Positions 10,412 to 19,074 of a DNA stretch of 64,000 nt are shown one piece after another. The translations under genes and the position numbers were made by a program. A model generated the notes under the pieces. The model searched no databases. It had not been told where the DNA came from and was given only the letters and a program-made list of their open reading frames with translations. Source of the DNA: an uncultured Acidobacteriota bacterium (lineage in GTDB: Bacteria > Acidobacteriota > Terriglobia > UBA7540); the NCBI GenBank assembly GCA_963804995.1, contig CAWDSK010000006.1, positions 320,001 to 384,000 of the forward strand. Reading direction: 5' to 3'. The number at the start of each line of letters is the position of its first letter. Positions within the stretch are counted from its first letter, which is position 1.

Positions 10412-12164
10412 ACCGCCGAAGCTCAAGTTCGATAAGTTTCACGACCTCCTGCCATCCCCCGGCAGTGGTCTGGCGAAACAGCCGTGCAGTTGGATACCAG
10501 GGACTATCCTCGCGTTCCAAAAACCAGCGCCAATCACAACCTTTATTCAGCAAGATCCATACGGGTTTACCCATGGCGCCGGCCAGATGTGCAACGCTAC
10601 TGTCGACGGAAATCACCAAGTTGAGATTGGCGACTATCGCCGCCGTATCGGCAAAATCCTTCAACTCAGCCGCAAGATCGATTAATCGCACGTCCGGCGG
10701 CATCTGCTTCACCTGCTCGCTTCCCGGGCCCAACTGCAATGAGTAAAAGGTTGTACCGGCCACGTTCATCAGAGGCACAAGCTGTTCGAGTGGAATGGAA
10801 CGTAAGCGATCGCGATGGTGGCTGGGGTTACCGCCCCAGGCCAGCCCGATGCGCCGCGTATTCCCCTGGAGCCGCTGTTGCCATGCCTCCACCTGTGTCA
10901 GGTCAGGATAGACATAAGGGACTCTTGCCGGGATCGTATTCAATTCCGTTCCGAAGGCCAAAGGTAGACTGAGCAGAGAGCACTGCCAGGCGAACTCTGG
11001 CAGCGTCTCGCCGCGGCTCATCACGTGCGCCGCACCGTCGGTTCCCGAAAGCAGACGACCTAACTGCGGCTGAACTTCCAGCACGACCTGTCCGCCGCGT
11101 GCTGCGACCAACGGAACATAACGCACGAACTGAAGGGTGTCTCCCAAACCTTGTTCGGCATAAAGGAGGATGCGCTCACCGCCAAGCGGTTCGCCTTTCC
11201 ATCGGCGTTGGACTAACCTTCGGTCATCGCCAACCCCGACCTTCCAGCGGGATTCAAATTCGGCCCAGCCGGCCGACAGATCGCCTTGCAGCAGATGGAT
11301 AATTCCCAGATTGACAGTTGCCTCGGCGGAGTCCGGCCGCAGTGCGCGCAGGCGATGAAAGCAATCTGAAGCTTCGGCCAGCTCGCCCAACCCGTAGAGA
11401 ACGAATCCCAAATCACCATAGGCGGCATGCAGCGTAGGGTCTAGCTTTATAGCATCACGGTATGCCTCCGCCGCGGAGATGAGATCACCTTTGCATTCAA
11501 AAAGGTATCCGAGGCCGGCTATCGTCTTTGCCGAGCGGGGATTGAGTCGGAGGGAGCGCCGGAAGGCTTCAATAGCCGCCCCAAAATTGCCGAGATTAGT
11601 GAGAACAAGAGCAAGGCCGTTGTAGATCTCAAACCTTGCCGGGTCGAGGACCAGGGCGCGCTGGTACAACTCGGCGGCCGATTGGAGGGCGCCACCTTGA
11701 TAGAGAACCCTTGCCAGGTGGCAGTAAGGGGCAGGAGAATCAGGCAGGAGAGTCACGGCACGCTGGTAGGAATTTGCCGCGGCGGCGAGGTCCCCAAGCC
11801 GTTCCTGTGCCTCGCCGAGATGCAGGTGCGCTTGTGAAGACTCGGGGCAAAGCTCCACGACTCGCCGGAAGCAATCAATGGCTGGCTGAATCTTGCCCTC
11901 CGCAAGGTATGCACCGGCACGATTGTTTAGCATACCCGGGTCGGCGGCGAGGGTCGCGCTGAGCGATTGGATTGACTCCTGAGGGGAACCTGCCGCCCCT
12001 CCCAATAAGCGCGACATCTGCCGGGCCTCGGAAGACGTTGGGTCCGCCTTCAGAATCTTGCGGTAGCACGCCGCGGCCAGCTCAATGCGACCCTCGCGAT
12101 GATGCTTCAATCCCTTCTTGAGAAGCTTTTGGATATGGTGCTGAGGGGAGACTGCGCCCGCCAC
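10410..12164 (-). CDS. TPR-repeat protein with a C-terminal GT-B (GT9/heptosyltransferase-like) domain
   Basis: Multiple TPRs followed by 'EQGLGDTLQFVRY', 'IGLAWGGNP', 'VISVDSSVAHLAGAMG', 'DSPWYP'. Confidence 0.88.
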   Translation of the reverse strand: MAGAVSPQHHIQKLLKKGLKHHREGRIELAAACYRKILKADPTSSEARQMSRLLGGAAGSPQESIQSLSATLAADPGMLNNRAGAYLAEGKIQPAIDCFRRVVELCPESSQAHLHLGEAQERLGDLAAAANSYQRAVTLLPDSPAPYCHLARVLYQGGALQSAAELYQRALVLDPARFEIYNGLALVLTNLGNFGAAIEAFRRSLRLNPRSAKTIAGLGYLFECKGDLISAAEAYRDAIKLDPTLHAAYGDLGFVLYGLGELAEASDCFHRLRALRPDSAEATVNLGIIHLLQGDLSAGWAEFESRWKVGVGDDRRLVQRRWKGEPLGGERILLYAEQGLGDTLQFVRYVPLVAARGGQVVLEVQPQLGRLLSGTDGAAHVMSRGETLPEFAWQCSLLSLPLAFGTELNTIPARVPYVYPDLTQVEAWQQRLQGNTRRIGLAWGGNPSHHRDRLRSIPLEQLVPLMNVAGTTFYSLQLGPGSEQVKQMPPDVRLIDLAAELKDFADTAAIVANLNLVISVDSSVAHLAGAMGKPVWILLNKGCDWRWFLEREDSPWYPTARLFRQTTAGGWQEVVKLIELELRR

Positions 12165-12229
12165 GGTATGACCTCGATGGCCTGCTTACGGGTCGGCCGA
12201 CTTCGCCAGGATTTCTGTTTTCAATTCTT

Positions 12230-12275
12230 GACCGACTGACAGCATACTTCCTGACGGCCGCTCAATTCAATCGTG
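12230..12275 (-). promoter_or_regulatory. Sigma70-like promoter, copy 1 (upstream of TPR-GT)
   Basis: Minus strand TTGAAT-N18-TATGCT; 40/46 identical to 12935-12980. Confidence 0.6.
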
Positions 12276-12311
12276 GGGGCAGGTTTTCAGTTTCCGCCCG
12301 CACGCCGCCTA

Positions 12312-12420
12312 TTAGTCCCGTGCCCACTTGGTTCAGTGCTTTACGGAAGCGTTCGAAATCAACACAAGCACCGTGTGAACAGAATACGCCCGGAACCTCA
12401 TAAAACGGGAACGGGACTAA
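12312..12420. mobile_element. MITE (~109 bp)
   Basis: TIRs TTAGTCCCGTGCCC / GGGAACGGGACTAA (13/14), TA-containing ends, no ORF. Confidence 0.6.
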
Positions 12421-12425
12421 CAAAA

Positions 12426-12914
12426 TCAGACCTTCCGTATCCTCTCAATCAACCCACTCGTCGAATACCACTCGGCCAACGGAATCACGACCACCTCCCC
12501 TCCGGCATCTTCGACTTCCGCCCGGCCCACGATGGTCTCAGGCGTCCAGTCCCCGCCCTTGACGAGCACGTTCGGCATGATGGCCTTAATGAGATTGAGT
12601 GGCGTGGGTTCGTCGAAGATGACAACGTAATCGACTGCGGCGAGTCCAGCCAGCATTTCAGCGCGCTCGGCTTCTGGAATGATCGGCCGCTCGGGTCCCT
12701 TGAGCTCGCGCACACTGCGGTCGCTGTTGAGGCCGACAATGAGAGCATCGCCGAGGCTTTTCGCCGTTTCGAGCATGCGCAAGTGGCCGACGTGCAGGAG
12801 GTCGAAGCAGCCGTTGGTGAAGACGATCTGGATGTGTACCATCGGTCGCCGGGAACGGATGGAGCGACAGATGTCGACCGCGGTGGGGAGATCAACAACC
12901 TTGCTGTTCTTCAT
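12426..12914 (-). CDS. hldC: D-glycero-beta-D-manno-heptose 1-phosphate adenylyltransferase (RfaE domain II)
   Basis: '[14 protein letters not shown]', '[13 protein letters not shown]', 'LVKGGDW', 'STS.LIE'. Confidence 0.9.
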   Translation of the reverse strand: MKNSKVVDLPTAVDICRSIRSRRPMVHIQIVFTNGCFDLLHVGHLRMLETAKSLGDALIVGLNSDRSVRELKGPERPIIPEAERAEMLAGLAAVDYVVIFDEPTPLNLIKAIMPNVLVKGGDWTPETIVGRAEVEDAGGEVVVIPLAEWYSTSGLIERIRKV

Positions 12915-12934
12915 CAACTTTCTCCGATTGTGTC

Positions 12935-12980
12935 GACCGGCTGATAGCATACTTGCTGGCGGCCTCTGAATTCAATCGTG
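12935..12980 (-). promoter_or_regulatory. Sigma70-like promoter, copy 2 (upstream of hldC)
   Basis: TTGAAT-N18-TATGCT; near-duplicate of 12230-12275. Confidence 0.6.
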
Positions 12981-13357
12981 CGTGCGCGTTTTCAGTTGAG
13001 AACGGTTCTCGGCGCAACGGCCTTTGACCCACTTGGGCACGCAGCCCATGCCATCACTGGCGACCAGGGTCGCGCCGTCCAAGGCGAAAAACCGACAGGC
13101 CGAAACCCTTACAGCGCCGGAACTTTCAGAGCGGCCGCGGACCTCTTGGCACGGGTTATGTTCTGGTACTTCGTGGAGCAGGAGCCGGCGCGAATTCCGT
13201 TTCCACAACTGCCCACGGAAGTCGAGTTGCGCGCCCGGCAACAGTTCGGATTTGTTCCGAAGCCGGACCAGGATGTCCTTGCGGACATTGCCTAGTTCAT
13301 CTGGGTGACTTACTTTGCGGGCCTCCTGGACCTTCACCTTCATGTCCCCCCTATGTT

Positions 13358-13863
13358 GTGTGCGCGAGCGACAAGCCCCTAGCCAGTCCCCTCGCCCGAT
13401 GGCCGGTTCAACAGAGTGACGTCGTGTCGACGTTTCACCACAAGAGCTTGAAACTGGGAAACTCCATCCATCGGGGTCTACTCGCCCTACTCGATGGCTC
13501 ACGCGACCGCACCGCCTTGCGCACCGACCTCATGCAAATCTTCGAAAGTGGAAAGCTCAACTTGTCGATGGAGACGGTAAGCGGGTTAGCGACATGAGCC
13601 TGGTAGGCAAGGCCATTAAGAGAGAAGAACTGGAATCCGTCCTTGCCTCGCGGGTAGTGGAGGCCCTGATGAACCTGGGTCTGGCAAGCCTTGACCCCTC
13701 CGACGGTAGTCGCCTGTTTTGCCTTGTTGTACTTTATCCCGTGGGGTCGCTTTCCTCATTCCCCTGTGTGATGGCCAAGCAACCGTCCGGCAGCTCTGGA
13801 AGAGGTGCAAGGCCCACGATTTCATCCATGCCGAAACCTCTCCCTAGGAATTTGCCAAGCTGA
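13358..13863 (+). pseudogene. Fragments resembling methyltransferase-associated domains
   Basis: 'PLASPLAR...LLALLDGSRDR' resembles the C-terminal winged helix of regulatory-domain methyltransferases; no intact gene. Confidence 0.35.
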
Positions 13864-14242
13864 TCGGCGTCCTGATTTCAGGAGGTTTCCTCGAGGTAGC
13901 CGACTTTGCACTGCCGGATCCGCAGGCCGGGGAGGAACCCCTTGCCGACGCGCATGAGCACCTTCCACATCAAGCTCTGTAGGGATGGCGATGTGCTCAA
14001 CCTGAGGGCGGCCGGAGAAGCTCTTTGCCCACTCTCGGGGTGGGGCTGGGGGAAGAGACCCGATGAAAGAGGATGTTAGGCTGCCAGGCGGGCAAGGGGC
14101 TGGCAACTCAAGGGCTGGTCACAGCAATCGCCGGGCAGGAGAACTTAAGCCAGATATTTCTAAAATAGATATATTAAGAAATAAGATAAACTAACCTAAG
14201 AATTCCGCACTGGGGTGAATATCTCGTTCCCTTTTCATTTCC

Positions 14243-16210
14243 CTAGTGGCCGAAGAATTTCTCCAAGGTTTCAACCTCGCGCTCCGCCATTGCCCGATAC
14301 TTGTTCGCCGCCACAAGGTCCTTGGCATTCAAGGCCTTGTCAAATTTATCCATGTACATTCTCATTCGGGTCTGTGAGGTTGAAATATCCGATCGCAAAT
14401 TGTTGCCTCCGGCCGCCATTTGCTTGCGCAGGCTCTCCACACTTTGGTCTGCGGCCTGGGCACGGGCAGCCAGCTTGTCATGCTGATCGGTCAGTTCCTC
14501 AAGTTCCTGCGTATTGACGGGGTTGGTCTCCGCGGGGGTTTGCGCAACCTGTCCTGCCCCACCCGGCACTGGGGGCGAAACGATATTCCCTCCACCCGCC
14601 GCCAGATTGGAAGGAGTAGCGTGGTTCGTCGGGGCCTTGTTGGTGAGGTGCGCCGTTTTTCCACCCGGGTTGACCGGATTCTCGGTGGAAGGCGCCTTTA
14701 AAGATGGGTTCGCTGAGGCTCCCGATGCGACCGGAGGGGAACTAGCACTACCCGCGCCGAATGCTCCGGTGGCGTGGGTTGCGTCAGGGTTCGGAGAGGT
14801 TGCAACTGTGGAGGGATTCGGTGCGCCCGTCTGCGGCTGCGTGCCGGCGTCGGGGTTCGGAGAGATTGCAACTGTGGGGGGATTCGGTGCGCCCGTCTGC
14901 GGCTGCGTGCCGGCGTCGGGCGTTGGGGTGTTCGGGGCCACGGTAACGGAATTGGGCGTAGCGGGCGTGGCCACCTGGGCAGTTTGGTCTCCGCCGGCTC
15001 GGGTCTTCATGATGCGTGGAACCTGCGTCGCGGCCAGGACAATAATCCCCAAGGCAATTAATGCCCCCAGGGTCATGTAGAGCCCGCGATAACCTTTGGA
15101 GCCGCTGGGCGGGGGGACGCCGTGGGAAGGAACAGGCGGAGGGAGTGTAGTCGCCATGGGATCCGCCGGCTGGGGGGCCATCACCGTAGGCAAATTGCTG
15201 GCGGAGATGTAACTCCCCGGAGCGGAAACCGCTCCGCCCATTGCCACCGGCTGCGCGGGTGCCGGCGGGGCCGGGGTTGTTGGAGTGGCCATCATGCCCG
15301 TCGCGGAGGCATACACGGGGGAGGCGTTAAAGGCCGGGGCGATGCTTCCTAAGGGCGCTCCGGCGGAGGCTTGCACAGGGGTCGATTTAAGCGCCGGGGT
15401 GATGCTTCCTAAGGCTGCGCTGAACGCCTCGGCGGTTTGAAACCGCTTGGCGGGGTCCTTTTCGAGCGAGATCATGATGATGTCATTGAGCGCTTTGGGC
15501 AAGTCGGGCATCATTTCAATCGGCGGCATGGGGGTCTGCTGCAGTTGTGCCACCATGATGTCGAAATCACTCTTGCCCTTGAAGGGCCGCGAACCCGTGA
15601 CCAACTCGTAGAGAGAAACCCCGACTGAGTACAGATCCGAACGGCCATCCAACTCGTTGCCCTGCACCTGCTCGGCCGACATGTAGAAGATCGAACCCAG
15701 GGTGGTGCCGGTCTGGGTCAGCTTCCGGTCGGTTTTGGATTTGGCGATTCCAAAGTCCATGAGTTTGATCACGTTGTCGGGTGTCAGCATCATGTTGGCA
15801 GGCTTGATGTCCCGGTGAATGACGCCGCGTTTATGAGCATAACCCAGCGCCGCCAGGACCTGCGTAATGTAGCTGATGGCATCCTCGAGGGGAACTGCCC
15901 CCGCCTTGGCCCTTTCATCCAGGGTCGTACCATCGACAAACTCCATAACCATGAGGAGCTGATTCTCCAGGCGAAACGCGGTTCGGAGGCCGGCGATATT
16001 GGGATGATTCAAGCTTGCCAGCACCTTGATTTCGCGCATGAATCGGTCCGCGAGTTCAGGGTCATTGGCAAGATCCGGCAACAACACTTTCAAAGCATCG
16101 ATGCGGTCAGAAATCTGGTTCTTGACCTTGTAAACCTTCCCCATTCCGCCTGCGCCCAACAGGCCGATAATCTGATAATCCCCCACCGTGTCGCCAATTT
16201 GAAAGCCCAT
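14243..16210 (-). CDS. Hanks-type Ser/Thr kinase with Pro/Ala linker, TM helix and C-terminal helical domain
   Basis: GAGGMGKVY, ALKVL, HRDIKPAN, DFGIAK, DLYSVG motifs. Confidence 0.95.
   Translation of the reverse strand: MGFQIGDTVGDYQIIGLLGAGGMGKVYKVKNQISDRIDALKVLLPDLANDPELADRFMREIKVLASLNHPNIAGLRTAFRLENQLLMVMEFVDGTTLDERAKAGAVPLEDAISYITQVLAALGYAHKRGVIHRDIKPANMMLTPDNVIKLMDFGIAKSKTDRKLTQTGTTLGSIFYMSAEQVQGNELDGRSDLYSVGVSLYELVTGSRPFKGKSDFDIMVAQLQQTPMPPIEMMPDLPKALNDIIMISLEKDPAKRFQTAEAFSAALGSITPALKSTPVQASAGAPLGSIAPAFNASPVYASATGMMATPTTPAPPAPAQPVAMGGAVSAPGSYISASNLPTVMAPQPADPMATTLPPPVPSHGVPPPSGSKGYRGLYMTLGALIALGIIVLAATQVPRIMKTRAGGDQTAQVATPATPNSVTVAPNTPTPDAGTQPQTGAPNPPTVAISPNPDAGTQPQTGAPNPSTVATSPNPDATHATGAFGAGSASSPPVASGASANPSLKAPSTENPVNPGGKTAHLTNKAPTNHATPSNLAAGGGNIVSPPVPGGAGQVAQTPAETNPVNTQELEELTDQHDKLAARAQAADQSVESLRKQMAAGGNNLRSDISTSQTRMRMYMDKFDKALNAKDLVAANKYRAMAEREVETLEKFFGH
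14781..14920. repeat. 66 bp in-frame tandem repeat (about 2 copies) in the kinase extracytoplasmic linker
   Basis: Encodes 'PDAGTQPQTGAPNP.TVA.SPN' twice. Confidence 0.9.
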
Positions 16211-16238
16211 GGCTCACCTCCCCTTTGGGAAGAACCCG

Positions 16239-17207
16239 TTACTGCTCCGTCTCCGCGGCATCGCCCACCGCCGGAGGCGTTGATCCGGAATACGTGCCCG
16301 TGGAAGAACCCTCATCCGCCTGGGTAATCGTCAAGTCACCCACTTTAGTCAAAACTACCTTCAAAACCTTTCCCGTCGCGGGGTCGTGGATTTCCTTGCC
16401 CTTGCGCGAAATGGCCAAGCGGTCGCCCACCTTGACCCCGGCTTTGGTGCCCACGTTCAAAATCACGGTGTTGCCCTCAACGTCCGCCACCAATCCGGAG
16501 ACCTCCACTTTCACGGTAGGCAGCGCGTCAGCTTTGTCATCAAGTTGTTGGCCCAAGTTGGCGACCGAGGCATTCACCGCTTCGCCCAGGATGCTGTTGG
16601 CAAAATTGCTGCTGCCCATGTCGAGCTGCCCGCCTCCGCCACCGGACCAGCCGCCGCCTCCGCCGCCCATCTTAAAGCCGCCGCGCTTCGATTCTCCGCT
16701 CCCGGTTGCCACCGCCAGAATTTCCGCCGTGTTGATGTCGATTATTTTGGCGGTGACGTTCACGACGGCCTTGGCCTCACTCTTGCCGACTCCGCCGAGG
16801 CCATACCTTCCCAAACCGTAGCCTCCCCCGCCCACTCCCACGTGCTTATCGTCGCGGCCAAACTGGGTGATGGTGCCGGTGATGATGGCACTCACTCCCA
16901 AGATGCGGCCGATCTTGGCCGCCGTCGTGGCGTCAGCGCGGTCGCTGTTCGAAAAATTCTGTTCTTTAAGGACCTTGTCCATCGCGTTGCGGTCGATTAC
17001 TCGATATTTTCCGTCCTGAACAAGTTTCTGCTCCAGCAGAAGCGAGATGCCTTTGCCTACGTCCTGGTCGGTGCCAAAGTAAGCCTGCACCTCTGAACGC
17101 ACTGTGCCGTAATCAAAATCCAAAACTGCCACGCGCTTCTTGTCCTGCGCCCCTGCGCCCGAGGTCACGATCAGCATGACCAGCAAGATCCCCAAAACCT
17201 TTCTCAT
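16239..17207 (-). CDS. CsgG/HfaB-family exported protein with FlgT-like C-terminal domain
   Basis: Signal peptide; 'RVAVLDF', 'VIDR..MDKVLKEQ', 'AAKIGRILGV', 'LNVG...GVKVGDRL'. Confidence 0.85.
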   Translation of the reverse strand: MRKVLGILLVMLIVTSGAGAQDKKRVAVLDFDYGTVRSEVQAYFGTDQDVGKGISLLLEQKLVQDGKYRVIDRNAMDKVLKEQNFSNSDRADATTAAKIGRILGVSAIITGTITQFGRDDKHVGVGGGGYGLGRYGLGGVGKSEAKAVVNVTAKIIDINTAEILAVATGSGESKRGGFKMGGGGGGWSGGGGGQLDMGSSNFANSILGEAVNASVANLGQQLDDKADALPTVKVEVSGLVADVEGNTVILNVGTKAGVKVGDRLAISRKGKEIHDPATGKVLKVVLTKVGDLTITQADEGSSTGTYSGSTPPAVGDAAETEQ

Positions 17208-17484
17208 TGTCCCCTCCGGAAATGAACTTGAACGCCGGAACCGATCGTCAAGCCCGCCCCCTCTTGACGCCGGCGGTCGTTCCTACCTGCTACCCCTCCG
17301 ATGCCTTGAAAATCCACCGCGGGCCGTGGCCCATCCCCTTTTGCCAGCTCAGGATGGCTTTGATCTAAACTTTGTTCGGGCCAGGTTCCCTAAAATCTGT
17401 TTTCTGAATTCTAATCGATGAATTATAACACTTTTTAGACATGAATAAAAGGCGTTTGAACCAGTGGTGTGGTGTCATTTGGAA

Positions 17485-17667
17485 GTGGCACGGGCGTCCG
17501 AATCTGTGAAAAAATACCATTTTCACCGCTGAGACGCTGAGACGCAGAGAAATGACCCTTTGTTTTCAAGCCTCTGCGCCTCCGCGTCTCAGCGGTGAAA
17601 GGTTTGATGGGATTTTTTCACAGCTTCTCCCGCCCGTGAACGGTCACGGCCAAGATGGCCGTGCCAC
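17485..17667. repeat. Nested palindromic elements: a REP-like unit interrupted by a 128 bp MITE that contains an inner hairpin
   Basis: Outer GTGGCACGGGCGTCC...CGCCCGTG...GGCCGTGCCAC. MITE 17500-17627 has TIRs 15/16 and a TCC duplication. Inner hairpin 17521-17600. Confidence 0.8.
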
Positions 17668-18153
17668 GGCGAAAGACACGACTACCGAACCAGTGGCAGC
17701 GGTTTCGGAATTCACGACGAGGAAGGCGTTCGATGGTGGCTTGGGGGGTGTGTTCAGGCCGGGTGGGCCGGGCGGACAGGGCGGGATCTATTGTGAGAGG
17801 CCATTTTTTCGCTGCTGACGGACACGGCCACGACGCGCGGACGGGCGAGGAACCGAAGCGAGGGAAAGCGAGGCAATCAAGGCAGGGGGCTGTTAACTAG
17901 AGTCCAGCAATGCCGGGGGCGGGGGGTACGGACGGCCATCCATGGGGGAGCGCAGATAGTCGGCCAGACCGAGACACTTCGTCATGTACTGGCGCAGGCG
18001 ACAGGGCGTTGCCCACCTCGGTGATGTTCCTGACGGGTTCCGCCGCCACCGGCCGGCGCCTTGGGGTGAACAACGTCCCCGTCGCTCATTAGCCAATTTC
18101 GACTCACGATCAACCTCGAAAAGCTAAGCACGTATGGCGGCCTCGAATACTTC

Positions 18154-18444
18154 CTATCCGATGAGCACGGTAAAACATCCGAGAACGATGGTGCCCCCGT
18201 GGGCAGTTAGATCAAGCATGCGAGCGGCGGGCAGGCTTCCCACCAAAACGGTGAAGGACCCCAGCGCGATAACATCAGGGGGTCCGACGCAGGTCGCCAG
18301 ATCCGTCACCCGAGCTTGCGGCAGGCTTCCCGTCAGAACGGTCGGGCAGCAGGGGGGCAGAATGGGGCCGCCCACGTGCGGCACAATTCCGGTAACCATG
18401 GGGCAAACGTGCAGGTCAGTCACTCGAGCGGCGGGCATTCCCAT
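18154..18444 (-). CDS. PAAR-repeat spike tip protein
   Basis: 'MPAARVTD.H.CP', 'PQAR', 'PAAR' motifs; 96 aa. Confidence 0.95.
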   Translation of the reverse strand: MGMPAARVTDLHVCPMVTGIVPHVGGPILPPCCPTVLTGSLPQARVTDLATCVGPPDVIALGSFTVLVGSLPAARMLDLTAHGGTIVLGCFTVLIG

Positions 18445-18478
18445 AAGGATCCTCCCTATCGACGTTTTCGATCAACCT

Positions 18479-19072
18479 TCACTGCTGGGGGGCTTGCTGC
18501 ATTCGAGCCATCAAAGCCGATGCTTTTTGCATAAACACGCGATACTTTTCCTTGGCCTTTTCGGGTTCACTGACCACGCCCGCGAGGAATACCGCGCCGG
18601 CAACAATTTCGGAGGTGACATGGTCGGGCGGCGGCGCGGGTTGGACGTTAGGCGGCGTCATGCTAGGACCCGCGAAAAACACGGCCATTGCCAGCAAGCC
18701 GGAAGGGGTCTTCGGGTCTTCCTTGTCGGCAATTTCCTTGGCAGCCCAGCGATTCTCCTCATTAGGAGCAGACACCCATCGTTCCGCGGCTACCTGAACA
18801 TTCGGAAGGGGTTTGTCTTTTTGGCTCGCCAGGATATGCCGCACGCAAAGGCAACCCCACCCGATCGCTTCCCGCTTGGGGAGCAAGTGGGCGACCACAC
18901 GGATCGCGTCGCGAAACAGCTCTTTCTCCACCAGGAGACCGAGGAATTCCTTCGTCGCTGTTTGCTCGGTCACGAGAGCCTTGGCTTCATCACTCACCTT
19001 GGCACGCGCACAGAGCTGCTGCAACGGCGATGCCGGTGTTTTCGCTACTCCATCACTGCCCATATTTTGCAT
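18479..19072 (-). CDS. DUF6931/Imm5-like protein of vgrG-PAAR loci
   Basis: 'DAIRVVAHLLPKREAIGWGC', 'WV..PNEENR', 'LAMAVFFAGPS'; starts 3 nt after the vgrG stop. Confidence 0.75.
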   Translation of the reverse strand: MQNMGSDGVAKTPASPLQQLCARAKVSDEAKALVTEQTATKEFLGLLVEKELFRDAIRVVAHLLPKREAIGWGCLCVRHILASQKDKPLPNVQVAAERWVSAPNEENRWAAKEIADKEDPKTPSGLLAMAVFFAGPSMTPPNVQPAPPPDHVTSEIVAGAVFLAGVVSEPEKAKEKYRVFMQKASALMARMQQAPQQ

Positions 19073-19074
19073 CC

